This document shows positions 1 to 18,003 of a stretch of 64,000 bases of DNA, piece by piece. Within the stretch, counting starts at the first letter, position 1, and every line of letters begins with the position of its first letter. The notes below the pieces were generated by a model. It was not told the DNA's origin. It did no database searches and saw only the letters and a list, made by a program, of their open reading frames with translations. Source of the stretch: Mytilus edulis (lineage: Eukaryota). The translations under genes were made by a program, and so were the position numbers. The stretch spans positions 23,932,001-23,996,000 of the forward strand of contig NC_092353.1 in NCBI RefSeq assembly GCF_963676685.1, written 5' to 3'.

Positions 1-127
1 AATATAAACAAACAAACAAATAATTATGATATCAAATGGATTTTTTATTGCAATACATTTGAAAAATTAGTAATAATGATATTAAAAAAAGTATTATGCG
101 AATATTTTACCATTTATTTTGAAAAAG

Positions 128-3100
128 CTATACCTACAATCACACCTGACTGCAAGAACATGAATGACAACGTGTGTCATAAGCTAGCGTTGGATGATGC
201 CAAACTTTGTTCCAACGACTGTATCGCTAATAAAATTTGTCCTAGGTTTTGCAAAAAATGTTGTAAGTCTAGATTTCATTATTATTTGCCTTGATGTTAT
301 TTGAATTCCGTTTCTAATATTTCTGCTATTTTTTCATATATATATTTGAATAAGCTTTCTTTATTCGGAGCTTTTAGTCTAGCAAAAAATACACCAAAAA
401 GTATATAGAATAAATATAAATGTTGCAGAAAAGGTTAAACCAACGTATGGTATATTTAATTACATATTCTGATTTGGTTTAAACTGTATGTCTGCGGGTA
501 TTTGTATATGTAAACAACTGCAAAATATTGTTGGGTTGTCCAGCTTGCGGAATACAGTATTAATCTTCTAAGGACAACATTCAGTAAAATGAAATGATAA
601 GCAAACATATACAATTCTAAAAGTAATGATTTATAACCGTATGTAAGGCGTCTTATTTCGAATATATGATAAAATCAACGGTACTAATTTTGTTGCACCA
701 GATGCGCATTTCGACAAAACATGTCTCTTCAGTGATGCTCGTGGCCAAAATATTTGAAATCCAAAGCTTATATAAAAGATGAAGAGCTATAATCCAAAAG
801 GTCCAAAAAATATAGTCAAATTCGTGAAAGGAATCAGAGCTTTGCATGAGGGAGATACATTCCTTAATTTATAATAATTTCTAATATTTTGTAACAGCAA
901 ATTTTAATAACACAAAAAAAATCCGTATGTTCATGCCAGTGCCGAAGTACTGGCTACTGGGCTGGTGATACCCTCGGGGAACAGTGTCTTCTAAGATTGC
1001 ATTTTAAAAATGAAACTAATTCATAATAAAAAGAAAAAACTCAGAGTGGAGAACTCGAAAATCAAGTTTAATCCCACAACATCCCCATGTGCATCTTCCT
1101 AGTCAGAAATTGATCTTTGTTGTGATGTAGTTATGGTGCATTTTACCTTAATTTTACAGATCAGTGTTATAGCTGCAGTGATATAGATCGTCTACAAGAT
1201 TGCAGTAATACCACAACATGTGAATCAGGGAAGGTACAATATTTTCGAGAACAATGTTCAGTTTCCTCATATACTCAAAATGATTATTTTTCAAAATTAT
1301 TTAAATTCATTTCTTTCTTAATATAATTATTTAAGTATTTCGGAAACATGTGATGCATATATATAATGAAAGTATTAAATTATATCAATCTGAATGCAAG
1401 AGATGCCAAAATGAAAAATAGTAGGCTATATAACGTCGAAGAGAATAGCAGAAAATAGAACAAAAAAGGAATTGATGGATGGATGCGACTTAGGACGTAT
1501 TCACACAAGGCCTAAACAAGTGTAATGACATTTTAAAAGATTGATTATAGATAAATACTGCGTTTATTTTGGAAACATTTGCATATGTATATCTCTTGGA
1601 TACTGATTTGAATTCACGTCCAACAGATTAGGTTTTTATTTCAAAAATGTTAACAATACAACTTGTGTTCAAATAACATGTTCCAAATTGGCAGCGTGAA
1701 CGCAGCATAAGTTTCAATTACTTTTCCTCAGTTTTATTTGTGCAAATCTTAGAAGAAAAACAAAGGATATGGGGTATAAATCCATGACATAAAATCAGTA
1801 CACACACAACAACACAAAAGAACAAAAAAACAGCGCTTTTATTGCTGTTCTCCATCTCCAAGTCACAATGAGGCCTTCAGCACGGAGCAAAAAGCTCTCG
1901 CCCACTTCAATTTATGACGGCCCCTAGTACCTGAATTCTTTTGCGAAAATAATGTGGATAGACTTTGTTAGACGCAACATCACATTATAAAATAAACATT
2001 GGAAAGTAGTACAAAACAAAATAGTTCCTACGCATAAGGATAATCTTAAACTATGTAGCATATATTTTAGTAATTGATGACTGATGATCTTATTGCCCGT
2101 CTTGCCATATAAAAGTTAATAGATGTATATAATTTGAAACAATTACGATTTTATAAACAAAAACATGAAGTCGTCTTTAACACTGTTTTTGTCTGTGCAG
2201 GAGTGTTTTCAGCTTGAAACACTAAGCTATGATCTACGTCCAGTCTTCAGACTAGGATGTCTCGATGTTAACGTAAGTTTGGAACTAACCATGAAAACAT
2301 TACATCTGTAATGGATAACAATAATTTAGAAAATGCATAATGTATTATTTTTATATGACTCGATATAGTGTATAATTTATCAATTTATTCAATGCATAAA
2401 ACCTAAATGTTATTTAAACATTTGTTGTGAGATATATCTGGCATATGTTGAAAACTGCATGATCAGTAATCGTTGCAATACTCATTAGTTTACATGTTTA
2501 TTGTTTTCTCTTTAAAAACTTTCAATTTATCACACCAAAACTACTTTAATTATCAATGTCTAATTTTAAAGCCCAAAAATGACAACTTTGAGCCTGCTAA
2601 GTATGTCGGTTAAACTATTTTTTGAAAATTATATGGAGTTGATTTACATGTATATAACGTTTGTTTTTAAGAATAAATGTATTTTCAAATATTGAAGTTA
2701 AAATGCATCGTTGAATATAGAGGTCGTCCATTTATGTTGAAAATATTTTTGCAAAAACAACAATATCGAATATATTTACAGCTTTGTCAAAGGCTTGGTG
2801 TTAATCCTGTACAATCAGGATTTGGACGAAGACAACAAGGCTTGAAAGGTGGATGTTGTAAAACAGATCTGTGTAATACCAAACTGATTAATGTAATACC
2901 TGCTACAACAACAACAGTGTCAACTAGCACTGCTGTCACTGCTCAAGGTAGGTACAATCATTCTTTGATTTTATTAAGTAGTAAGAAATTGCTACACAGG
3001 ATTTCGTATTGAAAAAATACGAACTCAATTGGTCTTACTATAGAAACACTCAATTGTGTAAGACACAAAACCTCAAAAGAAATGACTAGAAGGTAACAAA

Positions 3101-5873
3101 TTGTCTGTGCTATAATGAATTGCTGGATCGTTATTGCATATATGTCACAATTCAACACGTATGAAACAAACATTCTGGACCCCTCTTTGGTCGTTTATAA
3201 AATGAACGAATGCATCTGATCATGGATGCTTTCCTTTAATTACCAATTCCCGAGTGTCGCTACTGGAACAGGATCTGTTTCTCTTCCGATGATCTTGATT
3301 CATTTCCGGATTTCCTAATTTTATTTTGCTAAATTACCAGATTTCTGTGTAGTTTTCTGGACTGTTGCTTGTCGTATCTTATGTTTTTGCTTTGTTCATT
3401 GCATTTAAAGTCAATTTTTTTTTTTATAGATTAGACCGTTGGTTTTCCCGTTTGAATGGTTTTTCACTTGTCATGTTTTAGGCCCTTTACAGCTTGCTGT
3501 TCGTGTGAGCCTAGGCGCCATGTTGAGCACCGTAATTTGACCTAAAATGGTTTACTTTTATAAATTGTGACTTAGATGGAGAGTTGTCTCATTGGCACTC
3601 ATACCACATCTTCTTATATCTATTTAATTGCAGGTTAAGTCGGTCCTCCGAACATCTCAAATACGATTGATACACCTACAGGAGTTGAAGACACATAATA
3701 ATTCAAAAAGGTAATTTGATGACCGGGAAAGTCAATTTATCACTTTCTTGTATATTTGCAGGATCAAACTTTCTTTCCATCTAAAATACAACGAGAAGTT
3801 GGTCCAGGCCAAAGACATACAATGTTGTAGGTTATCATGGTTATTTTGGTGGAATGATTTATTTTGAATTTTGTACATTTTACATTCGTAATAATCATAA
3901 ATGTCATCTTCGTTCATATCTATTGATCTGGTGGCAAATAAAAGGAATTTCAGAAAAAGTTCATATCTTAAAAAAACATAGAAATACATTATTTAAATCT
4001 AAAATATTTCAGGATGTTCACTGCATCACTCTGGAAGTGTTCAAGGTTGTGGTCCTAACTCTGCATATGTTATTAAAGGGCACTCTTGTTACCATATCGG
4101 AAATGACGAGTTAACATGGATAGAATCAAAGGCAAGTCATATATTTGATCAAACTAACATTGTTTGCATCCTATCCTTCATTGTTTTAATGACACAGAAC
4201 AAATAAAACTTGGAATGAATATACGAGATATTGTTCACACAATTCAAAAGACTACCAATAATCTATAACAGGTATGTACGAATAAATCCCAGAAAGACGA
4301 CATAAAAAATTTGTAAAACATCCCCATCATATATCGTATATTTTACGCGAAAATCCCTACAAATGTAATATTTCATGAGGACTTCATGAATAAAGGCAAC
4401 AGTAATATACCGGTGTTTAAAAGTCATAAATCGATTGAGAGAAAACACATCCGGGATGCAAACTAAATCCGACTATAAGAGGAAAACAAAGGAACAACAG
4501 GAACATTAAAGTGTGACAAAAACAAACGACAACACACATAGAAACATAACCGAATTATGTGCCTTTTTAGAAGCTATCAAAACATGCAATATGTTATTCA
4601 GAATCTTATCTAGATGTAAACCACATCAGATCATTCATATTATTGGTCATTTATAGAAAAAAGATCAGGACACTGTTTTTACAGACATCTGAACAGAAAA
4701 GGCACTTTTATGAACCATTGATATATTTAACTTATACCAGCGGCTCGGCTGTGTATATCATAGTTAAGAAAGAGGACAACACGTGCAAATTATTCAATCA
4801 ATTTCGTAATAGCAGGTGCACAACCCCAACAACACCATACGATAATCCGGTTTTTGAACTTCGTCAGACCAAACAATAAAAGAAAAATAATACATGTTTC
4901 ACGTGTAAAACAAAACCATTTAGGACTTCATATTCTTGACACACAATGTACAACTTAAATAGTGTGTATGCTTATTAAACATACATTATAATAGACAAAG
5001 ATTGTTTTTAAATAAATGCATTTTGTCATTGTTCGTTGTTTAATTTTATTTGTAGAAATATTGCAGAAGCAAATGTGGAACTCTAGCTAATTTTGATTCA
5101 GGCGCTGAAATAATAGATGTCATCAACCGAATTAAATCAAGTTATAACCGTTAGTTCATTATATAAGATTAAACCACAGTATATGAAAATATCATTCACA
5201 AACTTGTTTATCATTGAAAGCAAAGCAGAATTGAAAAATACTAATCTGCCATTTGGAAATGTTATTAATGCACAGATGTATTTGAAAACATATACCTATT
5301 ATGTGATTTTGTCTCTGGTATATAGCTGTCTCATTGGCAATTCACCAAATCTTCTTATCTTAATACTTCAATACATGGCGGTCTTTTTAAATGACGAAAA
5401 GACAAGCTACAAAAACAAAACAATACACAGAAATAAAATTCTTCAGATACACAAGCACAATGAAAAACCTGCAGTAACGTTATATGTTCCAGAAAGGTAA
5501 ACGTTCCATGAAAGTATAGAGTAAATATATCACAGTCAATAAGAAGTCAGATGAAGTAAAACAATAGTTTATGTGTATTCATTTGGATAATGATTTTATA
5601 TTAGCTTTTACAATAAACATTTGACATAATTTCAATAACTGTCCAAGAATTAATTCATTTACAGATCTGGATCTCTGGGTTGATGCCGTGAAAGACTCGC
5701 ATAGTAATTGGATATGGACAGAAACCAATCAGAGAATTGTTATGGAAACTTCTTTCTATTTGAACAAAATAGACGGTTCCTGTGGCGCAGGGCATAATTC
5801 TGATATCGTTACAATGATTCCCCATAACTGTACCACGCTACTCCATCCGCTATGTGAAACAACAATAACATAA
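128..5873 (+). CDS. 5'-incomplete mosaic protein, probably secreted: ShKT domain + Ly6/uPAR (LU, three-finger) domain + Thr-rich linker + C-type lectin-like domain. Exons 128-262, 1160-1233, 2201-2272, 2782-2947, 4013-4131, 5056-5149, 5665-5873
   Basis: Exons join in frame through AG/GT sites (one GC donor at 4132). ShKT-like CKNMNDNVC...LCSNDCIANKICPRFCKKC; 10-Cys LU pattern QCYSC...GC...CCKTDLCN; CTLD HSCYHIG..LTWIESKKYC...LWVDA..WIWT...C..LHPLCE; TAA at 5871-5873 and AATAAA at 5949-5954. The start and any signal exon lie upstream of the window. Confidence 0.85.
669..980. repeat. Dispersed repeat, near-identical inverted copy at about 39195-39510
   Basis: CACCAGATGCGCATTTCGACAA...GTACTGGCTACTGGGCTGGTGATACCCTCGGGGA here reads as its reverse complement at 39195-39510. 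Confidence 0.75.
3428..3622 (-). repeat. Abundant dispersed repeat (same family as 10318-10710)
   Basis: GAGAGTTGTCTCATTGGCACTCATACCACATCTTC is the reverse complement of GAAGATGTGGTGTGAGTGCCAATGAGACAACTCTC at 10321. Confidence 0.7.
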
Positions 5874-6253
5874 AATGAAAACAATTTGTTTTAGTTTGTA
5901 GTAAAGTATATTCTAGGGGGATACATGCAATTGAATATTCATATGTACAATAAAATTGGTCAATATTCACATATTGTGGACGCAAAAAAAAAAACCGTTA
6001 CCAATACAAATAAAGGATGAAACATATAAGCGCTGACTTGATATACTTAATTTCTTGTTTTTCAAATTTCAATCGCCAAGTGGTTATATGTAATTACTGG
6101 TTTATTTGTGCAACAATTATGCATATATCGTAAACGTTATTTCATTAATTTGCCTGTATAGAGGAGTTGTTGAAGATCATATATTTACATAGACAGAAGT
6201 AACCTTTTTATGAAACCTTTTTTCGAAACATTGTTCTTGATTTGGTCCTTTAA

Positions 6254-6921
6254 AGGGGCACTAACTGTCAAATTTATGTTCACCGATTTGATTCATAACA
6301 ATGTAAAACATTTAAAAGTCTAAATAAACAATTAACAGGGCACGCGCATGAAAATGCGTAGCTTCGTTTCGTGTTGTTTAGTCTAAACGCCATCCAACTA
6401 ATTATCGAATTGACCTCTAAAGTCATACGATGCCCATATTAGCGATGTAAACATAAATATAGATATAAATAGATTAAGCCCACTCGTGCTGTTGAATCAT
6501 TCTAGGTCTATTTAATTTCATATTATAAATGAAAAATAAATGTTTATAATCGCTTTTACCTGTATAAAAATGATTTTTTTGTGGATCGAATCAGTCAATC
6601 AAATGATTTACCTTTGTTTTAATGTTTCACTTGCAATGTTGACTTTCTTTTTCTTTAAATAATTTTACACATACAATTCATGTATTATCCATCTCAGGCT
6701 AAGGGGTTAAATTAAAGTTCACATGAATAGATTCAATCAGGTCGAATTATACACTTGCAAGTGAATGATTCATAATCAATGTTTTTTAGTTTATTTTGAC
6801 AAAATTGAACCATACTGGCTGCTAAAAGTGATTTATTATTTCACTATTTGCATATAATTAATGATTGAGCAAAAAAAATAACATATTAGATTTTTTTATA
6901 TATCTCGTAGCTAGTGCTTCT
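6254..6921. mobile_element. Non-autonomous TTAA-targeting DNA transposon (Kolobok-like MITE)
   Basis: TTAA at 6250-6253 and 6922-6925; imperfect TIRs AGGGGCACTAACT ... AGCTAGTGCTTCT; purine-purine termini. Confidence 0.7.
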
Positions 6922-7379
6922 TTAAACTTTTGTTATGCGATTGTCACTGATGAGTCTTCTTATAAGACACGAGCGTCTGGTGTTCACAATTTTAATCCAG
7001 ATTGAATGTATATAATATGGTGAGTTTATTCTTACCCCAGATTATACTGGTATCATCACCATTTACTAATTATTGTTAGCATTACAAAGTAACATAGTAA
7101 ATGCTTCACGATGAATTGCAAGATGTTACATCAGTTACTGTAAACCCACTTAATTTTGTGAGAGATTTATTTTTGCGAGTGCGTGATAAGAAAAATAACA
7201 CGAATCCATATTATTGCGAATATGTGAAACTTGAATCTCTCCTTCTAAAAATATATCAAGAGAATGAGTAGATTACGCAAATAAATCGCCTTGAATTTCT
7301 TAACGCGAAATAAAGTATGCGAGAAAATAAGTTTCTTATAGACCTATTGCTTATAGTATCTGATATATGGAATTGACCA

Positions 7380-7770
7380 CCAAAATTTTACCTTAATCAC
7401 TAATCCATGAAATGAGGTCAAGGATAAATGAAAAAATGAAAACTGCCTGGTGGGCATGAGGACCTTGCAAGGTACGCACATATCAAATAAAGTTATCCTT
7501 TTACTTAAAATTTTAAAAAAATCAGCACATTACCAAAAATCCTATTTAAAACAAAAATGGTCACTGAACAATGAAAATCAGGTAAGGCAATGGACATATG
7601 AAAAATAACTTTGTAACATGAGGCATCTATATACAAAGTATGAAGCATGCAGTTCTCCCAGCTTCTAAAATATAAAGCTTTTGGAAATAAACCAACTCCC
7701 CCACCGCCGGACAACTATCCCTATGTCGAGCTCTCTGCGACAAAAGTCGGAGGCTCGACACAAAAAAAAA
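7380..7770 (+). mobile_element. Helentron/HINE-like non-autonomous element ending in a GC stem-loop
   Basis: Terminal hairpin TGTCGAGCTCTCTGCGACAAAAGTCGGAGGCTCGACA (7724-7760) followed by an A-run; internal GAGGTCAAGG/GACCTTG motifs. The 5' boundary is approximate. Confidence 0.45.
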
Positions 7771-7794
7771 TACCACAAGAAAAGTTTGTCTATG

Positions 7795-13337
<5,543 letters not shown>

Positions 13338-14350
13338 TCAAGTCAAAGGGAGATAAATCCGATTGTTATTGTACTACAAGTCGTTAATGTCTAAAAAAAT
13401 TAGTCCTGTGATATCTATTTATGCCTTGCCCTTTGTAATTATATTTTGGTTGTTGTCCGTTTTGAACTAATATTTTCCATGGATGCCTAGGCACAGGCAC
13501 TGTTCTCAGAATTTGTTTCCTATATATATATATATAGTTAGAGTACCAGAGACATATAATATAATTGTATTATATGTCTCTGATTATATTATGTTTTTCC
13601 CCTAAAAAAGATATTTTGATTTCCTTTTCGTTGGGGAAAAAATATTCTGTTCAAGCAGACAACAAAAAATATATCTGTATCAGTATTTTACAATACCTTA
13701 TAGTGTTAAATTTTGAACAAAATAATTTGATTGAAAAAATGAATGAAATTTTCTAACTCTGATTTTTTTTTAAATATCCAACACCCCCTTTACCCCCTTG
13801 AAGTTAAATGGTTGTGTTGTCAAATAAACTCTTATAGTTTTATCGTGACAAAGTTAAATCCGTACATTTATATGACGTCTCTATATATTGTTTATAAGAA
13901 AAAACCTTATGTTACAATGGATCATTACTTTCCTTCAAAAAAAAAATTTCTTGGTGATGTCGAACCTAGGAACCGTGGCAGGTAAATATATGGCTAAAAA
14001 GGTACCTTACCAATCCAGTGATATATATGGGTGTTGGTTCTAATATTCATCTCCGACTTTAAAAGTCATTTTACAAGGAGGCTGAAAATACTTTATTTGC
14101 AAGAAATATATTGAAAAAAAGAACGAAAATAGTACCTTAATTAAATTCACAATAAAATCTTAATGCAGATATGAATGTGATCACTATACGCTTTATTTGT
14201 AGTTGTAGTCCATACGTTGACCTATATGGCTCTTTATTTGTGTATGCTTGGGTTTCTGTACACTCCAATATCTATGATTCGTATTTCAAATCCATAACAA
14301 CAAACAAAAAAGACGTATATTATATATAAAAACACAAATTGATTCCGCAA

Positions 14351-14408
14351 ATAGACTCATATCGCACCATCCTAGACACATAGACTCATATCGCACCATC
14401 CTAGACAC
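14351..14408. repeat. Perfect 29-bp direct tandem duplication
   Basis: ATAGACTCATATCGCACCATCCTAGACAC x2. Confidence 0.9.
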
Positions 14409-16254
14409 ATACATTCGACCATTGTCTATATGATGGTCAGGGGTCGAAAAAAGACATCCAAATCAAGAAATTGAAATTAAATACGAAAAATATTGTCTCG
14501 CTTATAAATTATGGAATAGACACGTCTTTAGAAGCGTTAGACATTTTGTTTAAGATCGTACTTACAAGCTTAAGGTTGACTTTTTTTCCAAAAGTGAATT
14601 ATCATTCTCAGATAAGCTTGATTGTTTTTTTCCGAAAATTTTGTACCTTTTAATCTTTTTTTTTGTTTTTGTTAAATACTAATTCAGTCTCAAATTATTG
14701 AACATGACTGTAGTTGCACCAAAGAAAGCATCGCTAAAACCAATTTGCTGCTGAAATGTAATGCACGATGTATTGAGATTTGAAAAAAAGGTATGGAGCA
14801 AATGTCAACGACGCAGCAACCCAGCAATACAATTTAACAAAACAAATGGTAAAGGACAAAAATAATATTTCCAGTTCAACATATTTAACTATTGTCAGTT
14901 TATTGTCTTAATTTTGTATGCCATAACCATTTAATGTAAATGTGTTTGTGCGAATAAAATATTGTCTATTGTCTATATTGTGGACATATTCTTTATTAAA
15001 GTATTCATTTGTAATTAACAAGAAGTAGTGATTTATCTTGTTTTACAGAGCAATGACTAAGCTTAGATGTACTACACAGTAGAGGAACGGACATGGAGAG
15101 TCAAGTATACATTATCCGGTATATGGGAAATGACAGGATGTCCTCACACTTCAATCTAATGTTATAGTGTTACATATTACAAGATAAGTGAACTGTTTAT
15201 TTATGAAATTCTTATACTTTTCGACGTTATGTCTTTATTATGTTATCAGGTAAGAACAATTAAAATTTAAAAAAAATATTTTTTTTACATTTTGTCATGG
15301 CGTTCGGCTTTATGATATTTTCTTTATGTATCAAGTTCTTGCTAAAAATGTTTGAAAAAAAACATGTCTTATCATATATAGTCAGACGCAACAATTATAA
15401 CATATTTTAGGCTGTCTACTTTTAAAATCATAATCTAAATAACTGGATTTCTAGGTAAAAAAACAATGTTCAGAAAACACGTAACAACGAATACGATGTT
15501 ATTTTTTTCACTTGTTACAAGATATTTCTTTATTTACAATCAAATTATTAAAATACTATACATATGCATATTATATAATGTTTTCCATTTAGCAACTTTC
15601 TCTAATTCATAATTTCTTCTCAGCTGACTTACCCGGTAGGCCACACTTGCGATTTCAAATGGAACAAAATACATTAATTTTATAGTTCGTTCTTCTGTTG
15701 TACTGTTACACCACTGTCTTAGGTTAGGGGGGATCCCACTAACATGTGAAACCCCACCACATTCTGTATGTATGTGTCTGTCCAAAGTCAGGAGCCTGAT
15801 ATTTAGTAGTCGTCGTTTGTTGCTGTGTTACATATTTGTTTTTCGTTCATTGTTTTGTACATTAATTATACCGCTAGTTTTCTAGTTACAATTGTTTTAC
15901 ATTTGTGGTTGTGGGGCCTTTTAAAGAGGACTACGAGCTTGGTATTTTGTTGAAGACCGTACGTGTCATGTTGTCTCTTGTGGAGAGTTATCTCATTTGG
16001 CAATCATACCACATCATCTCTTTTATATTTGTTGTAGACACAAATATTAAAAACAAATTTGAGCAGTCTGTTTATTATAAGTTGTTTGTGTCCATAAATG
16101 TGCATTAATTGTAATTTCACTTCGTGTACATGTAACTATCAAATTGTTTATTTTCATTACAGTCATGATGTATAGAGTCCCCTCACAGTCAACTCGATAA
16201 TTGTTTGACTATCGTTAACAGTATTTGTTCTAAACAATATTTTATCAGCACAGA

Positions 16255-18003
16255 ATGGAAGAGAAACTCGATGGTCAGAAAAGAAACTCACGATGTAGAA
16301 GTCTGTATGAGGTAATAAATGAAGAAAAACGAAAATCAAAGCATAGTTCCTACAGTTCAGGCACCTCAGAAGTTGATTGTATCATTGCTGAAACTAGTAT
16401 CTCTGAAGCCGTTGTAACAAGTGTTTCAACAGAAACTTTTGTTGTACTAGAACCTGGTAGTACGGTTAAACTAAGTGTAAGTGAAAATAAGGGAAAGGTT
16501 GACGACATTAAAAAGCCTTCAACAGATGATACAGAGAAAGATAATACCAAAGTTACTGTTAAATTGATACCACAAAAAGAAGAGATGCCACAAGCAGAAA
16601 ATATCGCTAACAATGTGCTATCAGAACCAAATACTAAGCTTGAAGATGCAATCATGAAAGTTGAAACTTTGAAGAAAGACAAAAAGACGAAAGACAAAAA
16701 AAGCACAAGTAAAAGCGCCAATAAAGAATCGAAAGCGACAAGGTCAAAAAACGATTCAGCCAAAGAAATTACTACAGACAACACTGAGCAAAACGTGTCT
16801 GTATCAAAAGATGATACACAACCGAATTTTAAGGATGAAACATTACAAAATGGCGAGCCTACAACAACGGAAGGTGAAACGTCATTAGAACCGTCACATG
16901 AATCAGCATCGGCGGCTTCAGATGCTTTATTACAATCAGAATTGGTTTATTCACCGGAAGAAGTTGCTGTTATTGCACAGAAACTTACAATGGCTTTAGC
17001 AAAGCAAATGATAGAAGTCACCTCAAACTTGGGTAAAGAAATGATAAGCGCTGCAAACGATACATTGACATTATTCAACGGTTCCACACTTGAATTAGCA
17101 GATGTCGATTATTTTGTTATTTACAAAGCTGACAATCCGCAGCCAGGCGATGGCATTTCGTTTATAGCACGAATGGAATTGGGGACGAATGCAATTACTA
17201 AAGTTGTACCAGTAAGCCCTACCAAAGCATGGGTTTCTTATTATGGCGGTGGAATAAAACTGATCGACACCGTTAAGGAAGCAGTGGTTAATAAAATTGA
17301 CATTCCAGGTCTTGAAACCATTGCAACACCCGATGAAACCTTTTTGTTCACAACCAATATAAAAAATTCTAACGTAGAGAAAATGCACACGGTTGGTGAA
17401 GGTGCATTTGGTTCTGCACCTATCGTCAAACTTAGTAAGTGTAGAATTGCATGTTTGTCGATGACAAAATCAGGAAAAAATATAATGGTTTGCGTTGAAA
17501 AAAGACATTCGTTTCTATGCATTCCCGGTAAAAGCGAGATTGTTGTTCAAATACACGAACTGAATGGTAAGCGCAGAAAAGAGTTGAAACCTAAAGTCGA
17601 TGGTAAACAAACTCTGACCTTGAAAGGTTATCCAATAGTGATGTGTGAGAATGTGAACGGGGATATATGTATTGCTTCATTTAGTAGCGTAGATCATTCA
17701 TGCTCCGTTGAAGTTTACGATAAGCATCTAGAACGACGCTTTGTTTATGACGGTGATAAGACCCTGTCCCCTCGTTTCATGTGTGAGGATATTTGCACCG
17801 ACAGCAAAGGAAACATTCTTATGCTGGACAATTCTCTCAAATGCGTGCATATCGTTAACACAGATGGTGTTCTTGTCAAATTGATAACAACAGCAAAATA
17901 TCAAATTGAAAATCCAAAATGTATAAATATTGACCCGGAAGGACGACTTTGGATAGGCCAGGGTCCTCCTGCTCAAATGATCATCTTGGAATATATTGTG
18001 TAA
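16255..18003 (+). CDS. 582-aa single-exon protein: long charged, low-complexity N-terminus + short helical segment + C-terminal NHL-type beta-propeller (bivalve TRIM-NHL-like family, no RING or B-box)
   Basis: Longest ORF in the window, with in-frame TAA at 16231 upstream of the ATG. NHL-like blades YPIVMCENVNGDICIA, RFVYDG..FMCEDICTDSKGNILMLD..CVHIVNTDG, PKCINIDPEGRLWIG. Confidence 0.85.
   Translation: MEEKLDGQKRNSRCRSLYEVINEEKRKSKHSSYSSGTSEVDCIIAETSISEAVVTSVSTETFVVLEPGSTVKLSVSENKGKVDDIKKPSTDDTEKDNTKVTVKLIPQKEEMPQAENIANNVLSEPNTKLEDAIMKVETLKKDKKTKDKKSTSKSANKESKATRSKNDSAKEITTDNTEQNVSVSKDDTQPNFKDETLQNGEPTTTEGETSLEPSHESASAASDALLQSELVYSPEEVAVIAQKLTMALAKQMIEVTSNLGKEMISAANDTLTLFNGSTLELADVDYFVIYKADNPQPGDGISFIARMELGTNAITKVVPVSPTKAWVSYYGGGIKLIDTVKEAVVNKIDIPGLETIATPDETFLFTTNIKNSNVEKMHTVGEGAFGSAPIVKLSKCRIACLSMTKSGKNIMVCVEKRHSFLCIPGKSEIVVQIHELNGKRRKELKPKVDGKQTLTLKGYPIVMCENVNGDICIASFSSVDHSCSVEVYDKHLERRFVYDGDKTLSPRFMCEDICTDSKGNILMLDNSLKCVHIVNTDGVLVKLITTAKYQIENPKCINIDPEGRLWIGQGPPAQMIILEYIV

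Noticed and set aside
16350-17976. Several minus-strand ORFs (82-144 aa)
   Set aside because: Antisense shadows of the 582-aa NHL ORF with no independent motifs.
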